From Eledone cirrhosa (taxonomy: Eukaryota), in assembly GCA_964016885.1 (NCBI GenBank), contig OZ024753.1:30070001-30134000 (forward strand): a DNA stretch of 64,000 nt, read 5' to 3'. The notes under the pieces were generated by a model that saw nothing but the letters and a program-made list of their open reading frames with translations, was not told the origin of the DNA and made no database searches. A program made the translations under genes and the position numbers. Below are positions 43,135-55,100 of this stretch, piece by piece (the stretch's first letter is position 1; the number at the start of each line of letters is the position of its first letter).

Positions 43135-46100
43135 TGTATGTGTATATATATATATTATATATATATATAATACACACACGGCAACCAATCCCTTTAGCAT
43201 TTACATTACTCTATATTTACTATTGTATTTTCACAGTAAAGGCTTTATTTGACATAATTATTTCACATATCAAATCTACGAGATTTTGATGTTATTTATT
43301 TTGAGAACAATACCTTAATGTAGGTGTGAGTGGCTGGTTTGAACAGAAAGGTGAGGGAGTTCTGGCTGGCTTAAATGCTAAAGGGTTAATAATAAATGAA
43401 CTGACAATAAACTGTTTGAATGTTTGATTGAACGTAGTTATTTGTACAAATCCCATTTAATGTCAGTTGTCTGCAGACAGTCTTGAAGGCCCTGAAAAGG
43501 GTCATAGACACTGCATCTTTCTATCTCTCTGATTAAAACAGTATATGTATATATATACATACACACACATAGTTGAACAATGGTATAATATTTAAGCAAA
43601 GAAATCTGTATTTAATTCTTTCACTGTAATAATATTTTTGTGTGAAATATTTTCATGTATTTTAGTTATAGAATAAAAATAACATCTGGTAACTTTGTAA
43701 AAAGCAAATGTTTTCCTCTCATGTTAACTATTCCTTATGAATGAGGAATAGCAGGGACCCAATATTTATAACTTATATTGAGTTACTCCCTTCTCTTCAT
43801 TTTTCTAGGAGACAGCTGATTTTATTCACATTATCTCAGCTGTTCTTAAATACCTCTTTACTATATCCTGTAGTGTGGAGTGGGCAGAAGACAAAGGCTT
43901 GATAGGGCATAGACCTTTGTTATAGCAACCAATAGAATTGTTTGCTTCAGCCAAATGCTGATCAGTTGTGTCCACCAGCTGGTGGCTCTCTACTCTTTTC
44001 TAAAGAAAAGATTCCTTAGGAGAGGAGACATCATATCAATATAGTTTACTCTCCCCTTCTGATGCAGTAAAACATTGTTACTTTTGTTATTTACAAAGAA
44101 TAAATACCTCCATCAAATTATGACTTTTAAAAAATATTTTCATTTCCAAATCACAAATTAATTTTAAAAAAAAACATTTTTTCAAAGATTAAAAATCTTA
44201 CATTTATAATTGTTTCTACTTTTGGCACAAGGCCAGCAATTATCCAGTGCATTACTGGTACTTTATTTTAGCGACCCCGTAAGGATGAAAGGCAAAGTTA
44301 ACCTCGGCGGGATTTGAACTCGGATCATAAAGGGAGGTAACTCTATGCTTCAAAGCATGGCGCCCGACCCCCTATCGATACTTCCAATCCATGATGCTTT
44401 AACTCTTTAGCATTTACATTACTCTATATATACTATTATATTTTCATGGTAAAGACTTTACCTCATATTAATATGAAATCTAAGATTTTGATATTATTTA
44501 TTTTGAGGGTGAATTGGCAGTAACGGTAGAGGGTCGGACATGCTTTCCAGCATAGTTACGTCCCTTTACGATCTGAGTTCAAATCCTGCCGAGGTTAACT
44601 TTGCCTTTCATCCTTACGGGGTCGATAAAATAAAGTACCAGTAATGTACTGGGTAATTGCTGGCCTTGTGCCTAAAATAGAAACAATTATTTATTTTGAG
44701 GCAAAAGTAACCTGCTGAGGTTAACTTTGCCTTTCATCCTTACAAGGTTGATAAAAATAAAGTACCAGTCATGCACTGGGGTCAATTTAATCGACTTCCC
44801 CCTCCCCCAAAGTTGCTGGCCTGGTGCCTATATAAGAAACCATTATTTATTTTGAAAACAATGTTAACATCCTGCCAAAAGTCAATTTTACCTTTCATTC
44901 TTCTGGGGTTAAAATAAAGTACCAGTAATGTCTTGGGATTTGATGTAATTGACTTTCACCTCTCCTCAAATTGCTGGCTTTGTGCCTAAATTAGAAATTA
45001 TTATGCACTGGAAAGTGGAATTGCTGGTGTCAAGAAAACAATCCTGGTACACACCATGAAATGGTTGGCATGGGGAAGAACATCCACCTGTAGACACCAT
45101 GCCAAAATGGAACCTCAGAATATATCACATCTAATCTGTACAAGCATTGCTGACAGTGTGTGACTTGTAGTTGGGGTTTAGTTTGACAAGAAATGAACCT
45201 TCAATTATACATTGCTCTCACTGACTTACTGTCATAATAAAAGTTGAATTGACATGAAAAGTACCATAAAATCAGTGCAAAGTCGAATCAAATATTTATA
45301 AGGTTAGGCTTTGTCTGTTTAGATTTCAGTTTTATAAAGTTACAGAGTGAGTTTAATAAAATCATGAAGTTATCCAACAAAAAGTTGTCTGTCGGTGACT
45401 GATTACAAATTAGAAATTAATTCTAATTATGATTTACATATCTTAGTGCAATTGAAGCTGATCAAATATTTATTTTTGTGTTTTTAGCATTTTAGAATTT
45501 ATTTAACCCTTCAGCATTTACATTACTCTCATCATCGTGTAACGTCCATCTTCCACGCTAGCATGGGTCAGGCGGTTATTTACTCTATATTTACTATTAT
45601 ATTTTCATGGCTTTATCTCACATAATATCGGATCTATGAGATTTTATGTGAGATAAAAAGGATCGATCGACTTTCATCAAATCGGACCGAGGAAACAATG
45701 TTTCCGTTGGTCTTTCCGATTGCTAGTACTATCGGTCGCAACTCCAGGTAGAAGGAGCAACATGAAATAAAGTGTCTTGCTCAAGGACATAACGCATTGC
45801 CCGGTCCAGGAATCAAACTCACAACCTCAAGATTGTGAATCCAATTCTCTAACCAGTCAGCCACACGCCTTCACTTATGTGAAATAAAGCCATGAAAATA
45901 TAATAGTAAATATAGAGTAAATAACCGTCTAACCCATGCTAGCGTGGAAGACGGACGTTAATATCGAATCTGAGATTTCGATATATATTTTGAGAAGAAT
46001 GCCTTAATATTAGTATGAGCGGCCAGTTAGAACAGAAAGAGGTGAGAATTCAGGCTGGATATGACTGGTTTAAATGCTAAAGGGTTAGCAGTGCATTCTT

Positions 46101-49100
46101 TCAGTATAAATCGTATTTTAGATGGAACAATCAGGAGTGATACACACATTAAATTATAGATCTAGTTAATTAATCCTATTTGGTAGCTATTAAATTCTGT
46201 TGCTCCATTTAAAAATATTTGAAAGGGGCAGCTGAAATGACATCTAGTTGTAGAAAACCTGTTAAAGGATTGAGAGGACTCTTCAGCTATATTAACCCAT
46301 TACCCTTTACATTACACTCTATATTTACTATTGTATTTTCATGGTAAAGACTTTACCTCACATAATAGCGAGATTTTGATATTTTTTCAAATACCCAATG
46401 TTTAAAGTACCAGTAATGCACTGGGTAATTGCTGGCCTTGTGCCAAAAGTAAAAACAATTATTTATATTGAGAACAATACCTTAACATGAGTACGAGTGG
46501 CCGGTTTGAACAGAAAGAGTTGAGGGAATTCTGGTCAGGTATGGTTGGTTTAAATGCTAAAGGGTTAAGGACACAACTTCTCTCGTGTTGGTGCCATAAT
46601 AAAATGCACTCTATAGAGTAAGATATGTTGGACCCCCTGTCACTTACTGACTGGTCTGTGACATGTTCAACTCTTGATAGTAGGGAAAGTTGATGATGGT
46701 GGAGTTGATGTACTTGATTTAATGTTTCTCTCACTTATAGTATATTTTATATTTGATTTCAGAACTAACGAAAAGAACTCTTGCTTTGTAAGTGATATAC
46801 TTCCAAATTCTGATGTAGTGATGTGTGGAGAGTATTTGAGAATTCTTTTGGTTTGGGGTGGAGATGTGCTAAGTGTTTTTATTATATTTTTTAATCTTAG
46901 AATGAATGAAGCTAGTTTAATTAACCCTTTAGCATTTACATTACTCTATATATACTATTGTATTTTTATGGTAAAGGCTTTACTGCACATATTCAATCTG
47001 AGATTTTTATACTTATTTTAAGTACAATACTTTAACATCAGTATGAACAGCCAGTTACAGCAGGAAGAGGTGAGAATTCTGACCGGATATGTCCGGTTTA
47101 AATGCTAAAGGGTTAATTAATTGATTTTAACTGTAGTGGATTTGTGAAGGGCAGATTGTGATGCATGTTTGAACTTGTGTGTTGCTGAGTAGCAAGACAT
47201 GGGTCATGAATGCAACAGGTTTGTGAAGAGTTGTAATAAATGAAGAATGCAATCATTGATGGATTGTTGGTGTGCTTCAATGGCTGAGCACAAATGAGCT
47301 GATTAAAATTTAAAAAAAGACAATGTATAAAAGGAAAAAGATGAAGTGAGTAAGAGAGACTATTGTGCTGGTACTAATGATGTCTGACTATTGTAAAACT
47401 AGGTCGCAGTTTTAGGTGGTTTGGTATCAAAAGTGTTAAACCAAAGATGCCAAATTTCATTTGTTCCTACTCATAGACATCATTTGTTGTTTTGAGTAAT
47501 TTTTATTTTTTTATTTTTTTAAAGTTAAATAAATTTTCCTCGCTTTGTGATGTGAAACCTCTTGAAATCCTGGATAGTTCTTTGGAAAGTAGCCCTCATG
47601 GTTTTCAGGCTGAACAAGATGACAGCAATTCTAGAGATAGTGGCTTTGGTAATGAGAAAGACAAGGTTAGTAAATCTATACTTATATTTTGTTGCTTTAT
47701 TTATTAGTGATTATTATATCCTGATGGCTATTTACTGTGTGTGGACATATACGAATTTCTTTTGAATCTTTTCTACTTGATATTCAGCTAGTTTTCATTG
47801 TTGCTGAAGTCATATGCAGACTTGGTTGTGCGGTCAAGAAGTTTGTTTTACAAGCATGTCTTCAGTTTGACCAACGCCTTATAAACGAATTCAGTACATG
47901 GTAACTGTATGGAACCTTTGTTTTATATATATATATATGCAGTGAATTGGCAGTCGTTAGAATGTCGGATAGAATGCTTTGTGGTATTCGTTCCGGCTCT
48001 TAGCTCTTGTAGTTCAAATCCAGCCGAGGTCAACTTTGCCTTTCATCCGTTTGAGGTCAATAAAAGAAAAAAAAAGGTACCAGTCTAGTGCTGGGGTAGA
48101 TTCTTCCTCTATATCTCTTTCTCATTTTCCTGGAAGAAATCCTCTGTACTTGGGCCTGGAGGGGTCAGGCCCCGCCAGGCTTTAAATACTTAAGAAACAC
48201 TGTATGTCAATACAACACCCCTACAACTATCAGGAGTTACGGGACCATACCATAACCTTATGAAATTCAAGCATAGAAAAAATGGACATAAAAAAAAAAT
48301 AATAGAACTATTAATGATTTGAAAGCTTTAAATGAACAGCTATAATTTATAAATTTATAAATCTCAAGTGAAAAATTCTAATAATTTTCATTTTGCTTAG
48401 GATTATTTTATTTGAAGTTTTCTAGTTATTCAAATATATTGATGGGATTATATTCTGAAATTCCTGCTGAAAATGTTGGTTTATGTATTTAAAGTATATT
48501 GCATTTTTTTTTTTTTTCTAATGTTTAGAAAATATGCTTATTCATTAATTATCCTGAAATTAATTGAAAATAAGCCCTTAGGGTCTTAGTCTAGTCTAGG
48601 CTTGGTTATTCTTCTGTAATGAACCCCAAGCTTTAAACTAGTAGATTTAACTGTAAGGCTGTGTTGCGTGTGTGCACTAGTCTGATCTTCCTCCTCTTTC
48701 TTCCGTTGGTAGGAGGACCAGTTTCAGTTTGTGCCACCTTTGGGAATGCCACCACGTAAACAGAAAATGTTTGAGGAAAATTTTGAATCTTCATTCTCTC
48801 GAAAATTTCATCGTTCTATGTCAGCTCCTTTAATAAAGAAAGAGGTATATGAAACTTAAACATTTTGTAATTATTAGATGTTTCTTTTTTTTTAATTTTG
48901 GCTTTTTTTTTTGTCTGTGCTTCTATAAATTTATTCATTTTTGCCACTTTTCCATAACCTATTTTAGTACTAAAGTTTTGTTTGTTACTTGCAGGATATT
49001 GAATTTTTACAACGAGGTAACAGCCCCAAGAAACCAGATGTGTTATCTAGTGAAAAGGATGATGGTTTCTCTGATCACTTTGAATCAATGGACACAGCAC

Positions 49101-52100
49101 CAGAGGTAATGATTATATCTGTGCTTGACTTTTAATACCTTGGAGAGATTTAGTAGAAAACATTGTTAAAAAAATGAGTTTAATTCAAATATTTGTAGTA
49201 TCTTAACTAGGAACAGATCTTTGTGAAAATTAGCAGTAAACGAAAAGACTTCAGTTTTTAGTGCAATGCAGTCACTGGGCTGTTTTGCAGTTTTCAAGAA
49301 TGTCTTAATAATGAAGTTTTTGTATTAAGGATGGTTGTCTATGTCTTGGTATTTACTGCACTGCAATTATTTTTCATTACAGCCGGTATCAGATAGCATT
49401 AAAAGCCTCATTGAAGCTCCACTGAAGAGTACTGAAAACTCAAGACTCTGTAAACTTGGAGAATCCTTCGATGACACACCAACAGTAAGTAAAACAAGTT
49501 TTGTATCTACCCTCCTATTTAATTAGACTAGCATCATTTTTTAGTAACATTGTATAGTATATATTGATCTTCATTAAACTACTAAATTCCAGCTTGTATT
49601 ATTTATGCAGGAAATAACATTTAATAGATATTAAATAATGGTAAAATTAACCATTTGCTTTTAATTGTTGTGTGTGGAAACAGATATGTATGGAATATAT
49701 ATGAGTGCCAGATTCAATGAAAGAAAAATCCTCTTCCTTCCCTTTTCCCTTCTGTTATATATTTTTTTGTCCCAATAACTTCCTTTAGTTATTGATGCAC
49801 TGGGGTTAGATATCTTGTCTTTAATGCGTAGAAATGTCCATGATCCCCAGCAGATAACTGATGAAGGAAAATTTTCTCCTGTTCGTGCTTTCCTCTTATT
49901 TATAAGTACACCTTATCCAGCCCCTGTTTCTTCTTATATGTGTGTATATATATATATATAATTAAAATTTAGCTTCAGCATAGTTGTATACATATATGTA
50001 TGTGAATTTTGTATATCTAAAGATATACGATATTTTTAATAAACAAACATTTTGAAAGCCCAGCTATGAATATTAAAAGGCTGACAGCCAGCGCTGTGTT
50101 GTGGATTCCAGCAGAAGCAGCGAGGGACAACTCTCATGCGTATTTCGAGCTATTGACTCTCATCAGAACAGTGCTTCCCCTGTTCTCTGCTGGAACTTGA
50201 AAACAGGCAAAAATATATAGTATGTATATTAAGTTCAGTTTTCCTTTGATACAGCTTTTAGTTTTAATTTAGCGCCATATATTCATAACTCCTGATGGAG
50301 CTATATACATGCAGCAATGGCATACATGTGTTTCTTTGGGCATTTTAAACCTAGCATAGCCCATCTCTCCAGATTTGAACAGAGCTAATTTCTTCCATAG
50401 AGGAAAAATTGACCCCTCTACTGGATTATTACTTTTTTTATTGACTTCAAATGATGAAAGGCAACAAATGCTCATAAACTGTCTCATTATTTATGCCTTC
50501 ATATAGGTGTGCTTCTTCTTTAGTTCGTTTTTCTCTTCATGGAGCATTGGGTTAGGAGAGCTCTTCGTTCTACATAGTTGGAATCCTTGTCACATGTCTA
50601 CTCTCTGGTTATTCATCTTCTCATCGTATTTGTAGCAATTTTGATTAATAAAGGTAAGGTTGTTAGCCTCATGCTCCATCCCTCATCCCTTCTCAACACA
50701 ACTCTAATGGGATACTGATATCTTTGTACTGCCTGCTGAGCCTCGGACTCAAATCACTTCCACTCGTGAGATAATGCTTGGTCCTGTATTGAAATTGCAA
50801 GTTTGTGTTCATTGATTCATTAACCCATTATGATTTACATTACTCTTTATATACTATTGTATTTTCATGGTAAAGTTTTTATCTCACATAATATCGAATG
50901 TATGAGATTTTGAGAAGAATACTTTAATATCAGTATGTGTGGCTGGTTGCAACCGGTTTGAACAGAAAGAGATGAGAGAATTCTGGCCAGATACAGCTGG
51001 TTTAAATGCTAAAGGGTTAAATATTGAATTATTTTCCACCTGTAAGTTGACCGTCATTAATAAATGTTCCAATTTCTCATTTATTAGACCACGCGTATAA
51101 TGAAATATTGTGCAAGGTCTTTTGATGTTAAAAGACGTTCTGTTTCCATTAAGCGCGATCTAATAAAAGATGAGAACACACCTGTACATCAAAAACGACG
51201 GAAACCAACACATGGAAAGGTAAATTTTAAGAATCTTTAATAACTTGCAAGAATTCTGTGTATGTGCATCCATTTTTCTTGCTGGCAAACTTGAAATTTT
51301 GTCAGATGTTTAAATATCAATAATTTACAATTATCTATTTTTACCTGATTTTTTTTTTGTGTTAAATTTGACCTTTATGGGCAGGTGAAAGTAATTAACA
51401 GGTGTAGAAGTAATGACTTTATGGATAAACAGAAAAATTGAAATAATAGGTGAAAGTAATTATAAAAAGTTTTTTGTCTGCTTGCAGGCCTCTCCAGTTT
51501 TCAAACGCTCACACTCTGCAACAGAGGCTCAAATCAAAGCAGCTGTACAAAAAAGAACGCATAATCCATCTTTAATTGGTGATGCATCAAAGGTAAGTGA
51601 TGAAGCTGTGTATTTCTTGGCTTAGGGGTTACGATGGTTGGATTCACGATCATAAGGCTGTTGGGGGTTCAATTCAAGCACCAGGTGGCACTTGTTTCTT
51701 GAGCAACATGCTTCATTTCACATTGGTTTTCATGATAGGACTGGAGTCTGTATCATTAAAACATTTGAGAAACCTCTTATGAGATGAGGCCAGCTATGAA
51801 CCTACATGGATGTCAACATTTTACGTCCATTTTTTCCATGCTATAATAGATTAGACGAGTTGTCCTGTTGTGGGCAATGCTAGGTCAGGTGACCATGTCT
51901 TCCTCATACAGAACTAATTTTGGCTGGGTGCCCTTCCTAATGCCAACCTCATTTACAGTGAGTACTGGGTGCTTTTTGTCGTGATGCCTACACAACCATT
52001 TTACAGTGTGGGCTGGGCGCTTTTTGTCATGACACCTACACAACCATTTTACAGTGTGGGCTGGGCGCTTTTTGTCATGACACCTACACAACCATTTTAC

Positions 52101-55100
52101 AGTGTGGGCTGAGCGCTTTTTGTCATGATACCTACACAACCATACTAGAGTGTGGGCTGGGCGCATTTTGTCGTGACACCTATACAACCACTTCAGTGTG
52201 TGCTGGGCGCTTTTTGTCATGACACCTATACAACCACTTCATTGTGAGCTGAGCGCTTTTTATCATGACACCTATACAACTACACTACAGTGTAGGCTGG
52301 GCACTTTTTCTCGTGATACCTACACAACCACTTTACAGTGTGAGCTGGGCACTTTCTACTGTGTCACCATCATGACCACTTTACAGTGCGACCTGCAAAT
52401 TTCATTTTTCCATAATTTGATAATATTTTTCTGGTTGGACTAATTTTTCAACATAACTTTTATTTAGACATACTGCTTACCAACAACAGCTGGAAAACAC
52501 GAAGATCTGAAATCTGTTACTTCTCACACTGTATGTAAAGAAATTATTTTATATTTTATTTGTGTGTTGGTAGCTGAAAGTAGGCATCTGGCTTGAGTGA
52601 ACTGTTACTACTTATAGGAGTTATCTAGATAAGCAACATTGTCATAAGGAAGTTATTCCTTTTAATAACAAACTGCCTGAAACCAACCTCAGTTCTACAT
52701 TACCACCCCCAGTTCTACATTACCACCCCCAGTACTACATTACCACCCCCAGTACTAATTATCACCCCAGTTCTACATGACCACCTCTAGTTCTACATGA
52801 CCACCTCTAGTTCTACATTACCACCCATAGTTCTACATTACCACCCCCAGTTCTACATTACCACCCCCAGTTCTACATTACCACCCCCAGTTCTACATTA
52901 CCACTCTCCAGTTCTACATGACCACTCTCCAGTTCTACATGACCACCCCCAGTTCTACATTACCACCCTCCAGTTCTACATTACCGTCCCCAGTTCTACA
53001 TTACCACCCTCCAGTTCTACATTACCACCCTCCAGTTCTACATTACCACCCTCCAGTTCTACATTACCACCCTCCAGTTCTACATTACCACCCTCCAGTT
53101 CTACATTACCACCCCTAGTTCTACATTACCACCCATAGTTCTACATTACCGTCCCCAGTTCTACATTACCACCCCTAGTTCTACATTACCACCCATAGTT
53201 CTACTACCACCCCCAGTTCTACATTACTACCCCTAGTTCTTTATAACAAAACTTTATATTTATCTAAAAGAATCTTGTAATTTTATGTAAGAACTTTTAA
53301 CCCTTTAGCATTTAAACCGGCCAGAATTCTCTCACCTCTTTCTGTTCAAACTGGCTGTAACTGGCTACTCATACTGATGTTAAGGATTTGTTCTCAAAAT
53401 AGATATCAAAATCTCATAGATTCAAGGCACATGGCTTAGTGGTGAGAGCATTTGGGCTTGCAATTGAAAGGTTGTGAGTTCAATTCTTGGACCGGGTGAT
53501 GTGGTGTTTCCTTGAGCAAGACACTTTATTTCACATTACTCCAGTTTACTCAGCTGTAGAAATGAGATGATAGGACTGGGGTCCCTATCATTCCACTGCA
53601 AAGTGGTCGTGGAGGTGCCACGGCAAAAAAGCACCCAGCACTCACTGTAAAGTGGACGTGTGGGCGCCACAAAAAAAAAGTACCCAGTACTCACTGTAAA
53701 TGAGGTTGGTGTTAGGAAAGGCATCCAGCTGTAGAAATCAAAGCCAGAATCAGTTCCCATATGAGCAAGACAAGGTCAGCCAACTGGACACTGCCCACAA
53801 CAGGACAACCCGTCTAACCCATGCTAGTGTGGAAGAATGGATGTAAAACGGTGATGATGATGATAAAGCCATTGATATTCTCATTCATATGAGAATAAAC
53901 TAATTGCAGATTGCATCAAGCTGGTTAATCCTTTTGCATTTCAACTGGCCGTATCCGACCAGAATTCTATCATCTCTTTCTGTTCAAACCAGCTGCTCAT
54001 ACTGATCTTAAGGTATTGTTCTCAAAATAAATATCAATCTCATAGATTTGATATTATGTGAAGTAAAGCTTTTACCACAAATACAATAGTAAATATAGAG
54101 TAATGTAAATGCTAAAGGGTTAATGAATCACCAAGAAAAGTTTCAGGCATGTTAAGAAAGGTTTAATGTTTTCACATCTATATGTCCCTCCAGTACTTTG
54201 AGTGTATGGGGTAAAGTATATTTAAAGATTTCTTATTTCTTTTAATCTTGATTTTTGTGTGGCTTCTGGTGTAAAATTGAAACATCTTTCTCTCAGTATC
54301 TTCAAAATTCTGAGAAAGTCTTGCAATTTATTGTCAGTACTAAAAAAAAAATGACTGTATAAAAAACAAAATGACTGTATAAATGAATCACTGAAACTGT
54401 TTTTGTTGTTGTTTACTAAAACTTCATGCCAAAGCTTATTGATAATTGCCCTTTTTTTTTTCTATTGGTCAATAGGAAAATATGACTATGTAAACAAATA
54501 AAATAAAATAAAATTTTTATAGCGATAACTTGATTGGCTCAGACAATTTAGGTACAGGCCCAGTAATTTGAGGGGAGGGGAAAGCCAATTATGTCGGAAA
54601 CTCCTTCCCCCAGTACTTTACTGGTAATTTATTTTATTGACCCCAGAAAAATGAAAAGCAAGGATTTAAACAGATTTAAAATCCTTTTAAGCATGTCTGA
54701 CACTTTCTCTGCCAATCCAGTCTTCTAATCGTTGTAAAAGCTTGCACAGTTTTTTTTCTTTAATTAAAACCCCCAATGGTTGGGTGGACCCTTTAGTATA
54801 ATCTCCCTAGCACTAGTGTCACAATAAAATGCATTCAGTAGTGTGCATGATCGTATGTAAGCGAGAAGCAGGCCCCTGGTCCATCTGAAGTCAATAGCCC
54901 TGCTTGAGTATTAACTGGGTCTGTGAAGACTGTCCATTGCTTACTAGCGGGTAACACAGATGTGAAATGGTGATGCTGGACAATTGTCACGGAAGTGTAC
55001 AGTTGTGTACCTGTAGTTGATTAGTATGGCAGTCATTAGATAGAATGCTTTTCGGTATTCATTCCAGCTCTTTCAATTCAAATCCTGCCAATGTCATTGA

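Noticed and set aside
49858-49895. CUGAUGA-AGGA/UCCU hammerhead-like start
   Set aside because: GAAA box absent (GUUC instead) and no stem I or III; at most a decayed relic.
51885-52443. Cys/His-repeat ORF resembling a zinc finger
   Set aside because: Artefact of the 48-bp SINE-derived tandem array.
52797-53138. Repetitive ORFs (SSTLPP / PVLHYH)
   Set aside because: Produced by the 21-bp minisatellite in a Cdc25 intron.
51951-53240. CRISPR-like periodicity
   Set aside because: Head-to-tail repeats without unique spacers, no cas genes, and eukaryotic DNA.
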